A stretch of DNA of 62,626 nucleotides, the filler included, from Hausera hauseri (Eukaryota), in NCBI GenBank assembly GCA_046269625.1. It is 12 parts of 12 records of this genome, joined end to end, with 100 filler letters (N's around TTAATTAATTAA, not from the genome) between each part and the next. Parts side by side here need not be neighbours in the genome. Positions count along the whole stretch, not along the records: positions 56,165 to 62,626 come from JBJURY010098542.1; 11 more parts are not named here. One strand, given 5' to 3'. Position numbers and translations under genes: made by a program. The notes beneath the pieces were generated by a model. It was not told the DNA's origin, searched no databases, and was given only the letters and a program-made list of their open reading frames with translations. This document shows positions 62,050 through 62,626 of the stretch, in pieces (within the stretch, counting starts at the first letter, position 1; every line of letters starts with the position of its first letter).

Positions 62050-62626
62050 TGGTAAAGTTTTTATAAAAGGAGTCAAGAATCTGTATTGTAGCTTTGAAGG
62101 AAAGTGGGAAAACATGGAGAGAGATTCAAATGGTGTAGAGGAGTATTTACAACACAGAAGTGTCAATTCGAGGAATGAAGAAATTGATGAAAAAATACAA
62201 GGAAATTGGGACGGTAGATGACAAAGCAAGAAGTGGCCAGCTCCAGTTACCAACAATCGGGAAAACAGGTTACTCAGGAGAATCTGTTTGGTAGATAGAA
62301 GGAAGGTTTTGGCGAGTATTAATAATGATTTTTTCATTGCTATAGGCACATGCATAAGCAAAGTGAGTGTTAATAACATTCTCAAAAAATAAACTTTTCT
62401 GCCATCGAGCTGCTAAGAAACCATTATTAATTAGAAATCAAATTAGAAAACATTACCAGTGGGAATTGAGCAAGAAAGACTGGACCAAAGAAATGTGGGG
62501 TAAAGTAATTTTTAATGATGAGAGCATCTTTAAAACATTCAATAACAGCGGAAATACTTTTGTCATGAGATTTGTACACGAAAAGTACAGACCTTATTGC
62601 TTAATGCCAAAGGTAAAGCATGGGAC
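62050..62626 (+). mobile_element. Tc1-like transposase remnant (N-terminal half)
   Basis: RAAKKPLL..DWTKEMWGKVIFNDES.F..EKYRPYCLMPKVKHG. Confidence 0.88.

Overview
This is not one continuous locus. It is 12 unrelated 4-6.5 kb contigs of an AT-rich invertebrate (possibly nematode) genome, joined by an artificial 100-nt N-TTAATTAATTAA-N spacer, so adjacency across spacers means nothing. Most of the content is mobile DNA. There are five contigs of decayed Polinton/Maverick (adintovirus-like) elements, covering pPolB, packaging ATPase, rve integrase with chromodomain, two tandem penton-like genes, major capsid and small core and accessory genes. There are also NeSL/R2-group non-LTR remnants (RT-CCHC and Ulp1-like proteases), a largely intact Ty3/Gypsy gag-pol with a -1 frameshift signal, a decayed BEL/Pao pol, mariner and Tc1 remnants, and two degenerate simple-repeat satellites. 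Host sequence is limited to two exons of a SWR1/domino/SRCAP remodeller, a CCT1 pseudogene fragment and a possible PSME4-like remnant. Two things stand out. First, the conserved ~245-bp monomer of one satellite is a Polinton integrase catalytic-core fragment, interleaved with hypervariable (GCT)n tracts. Second, a ~95-nt GC-rich motif recurs at junctions between unrelated mobile elements and flanking DNA, with a possible distant relative in place of the 5' LTR of the Gypsy element. All family assignments come from manual motif recognition, not database searches.
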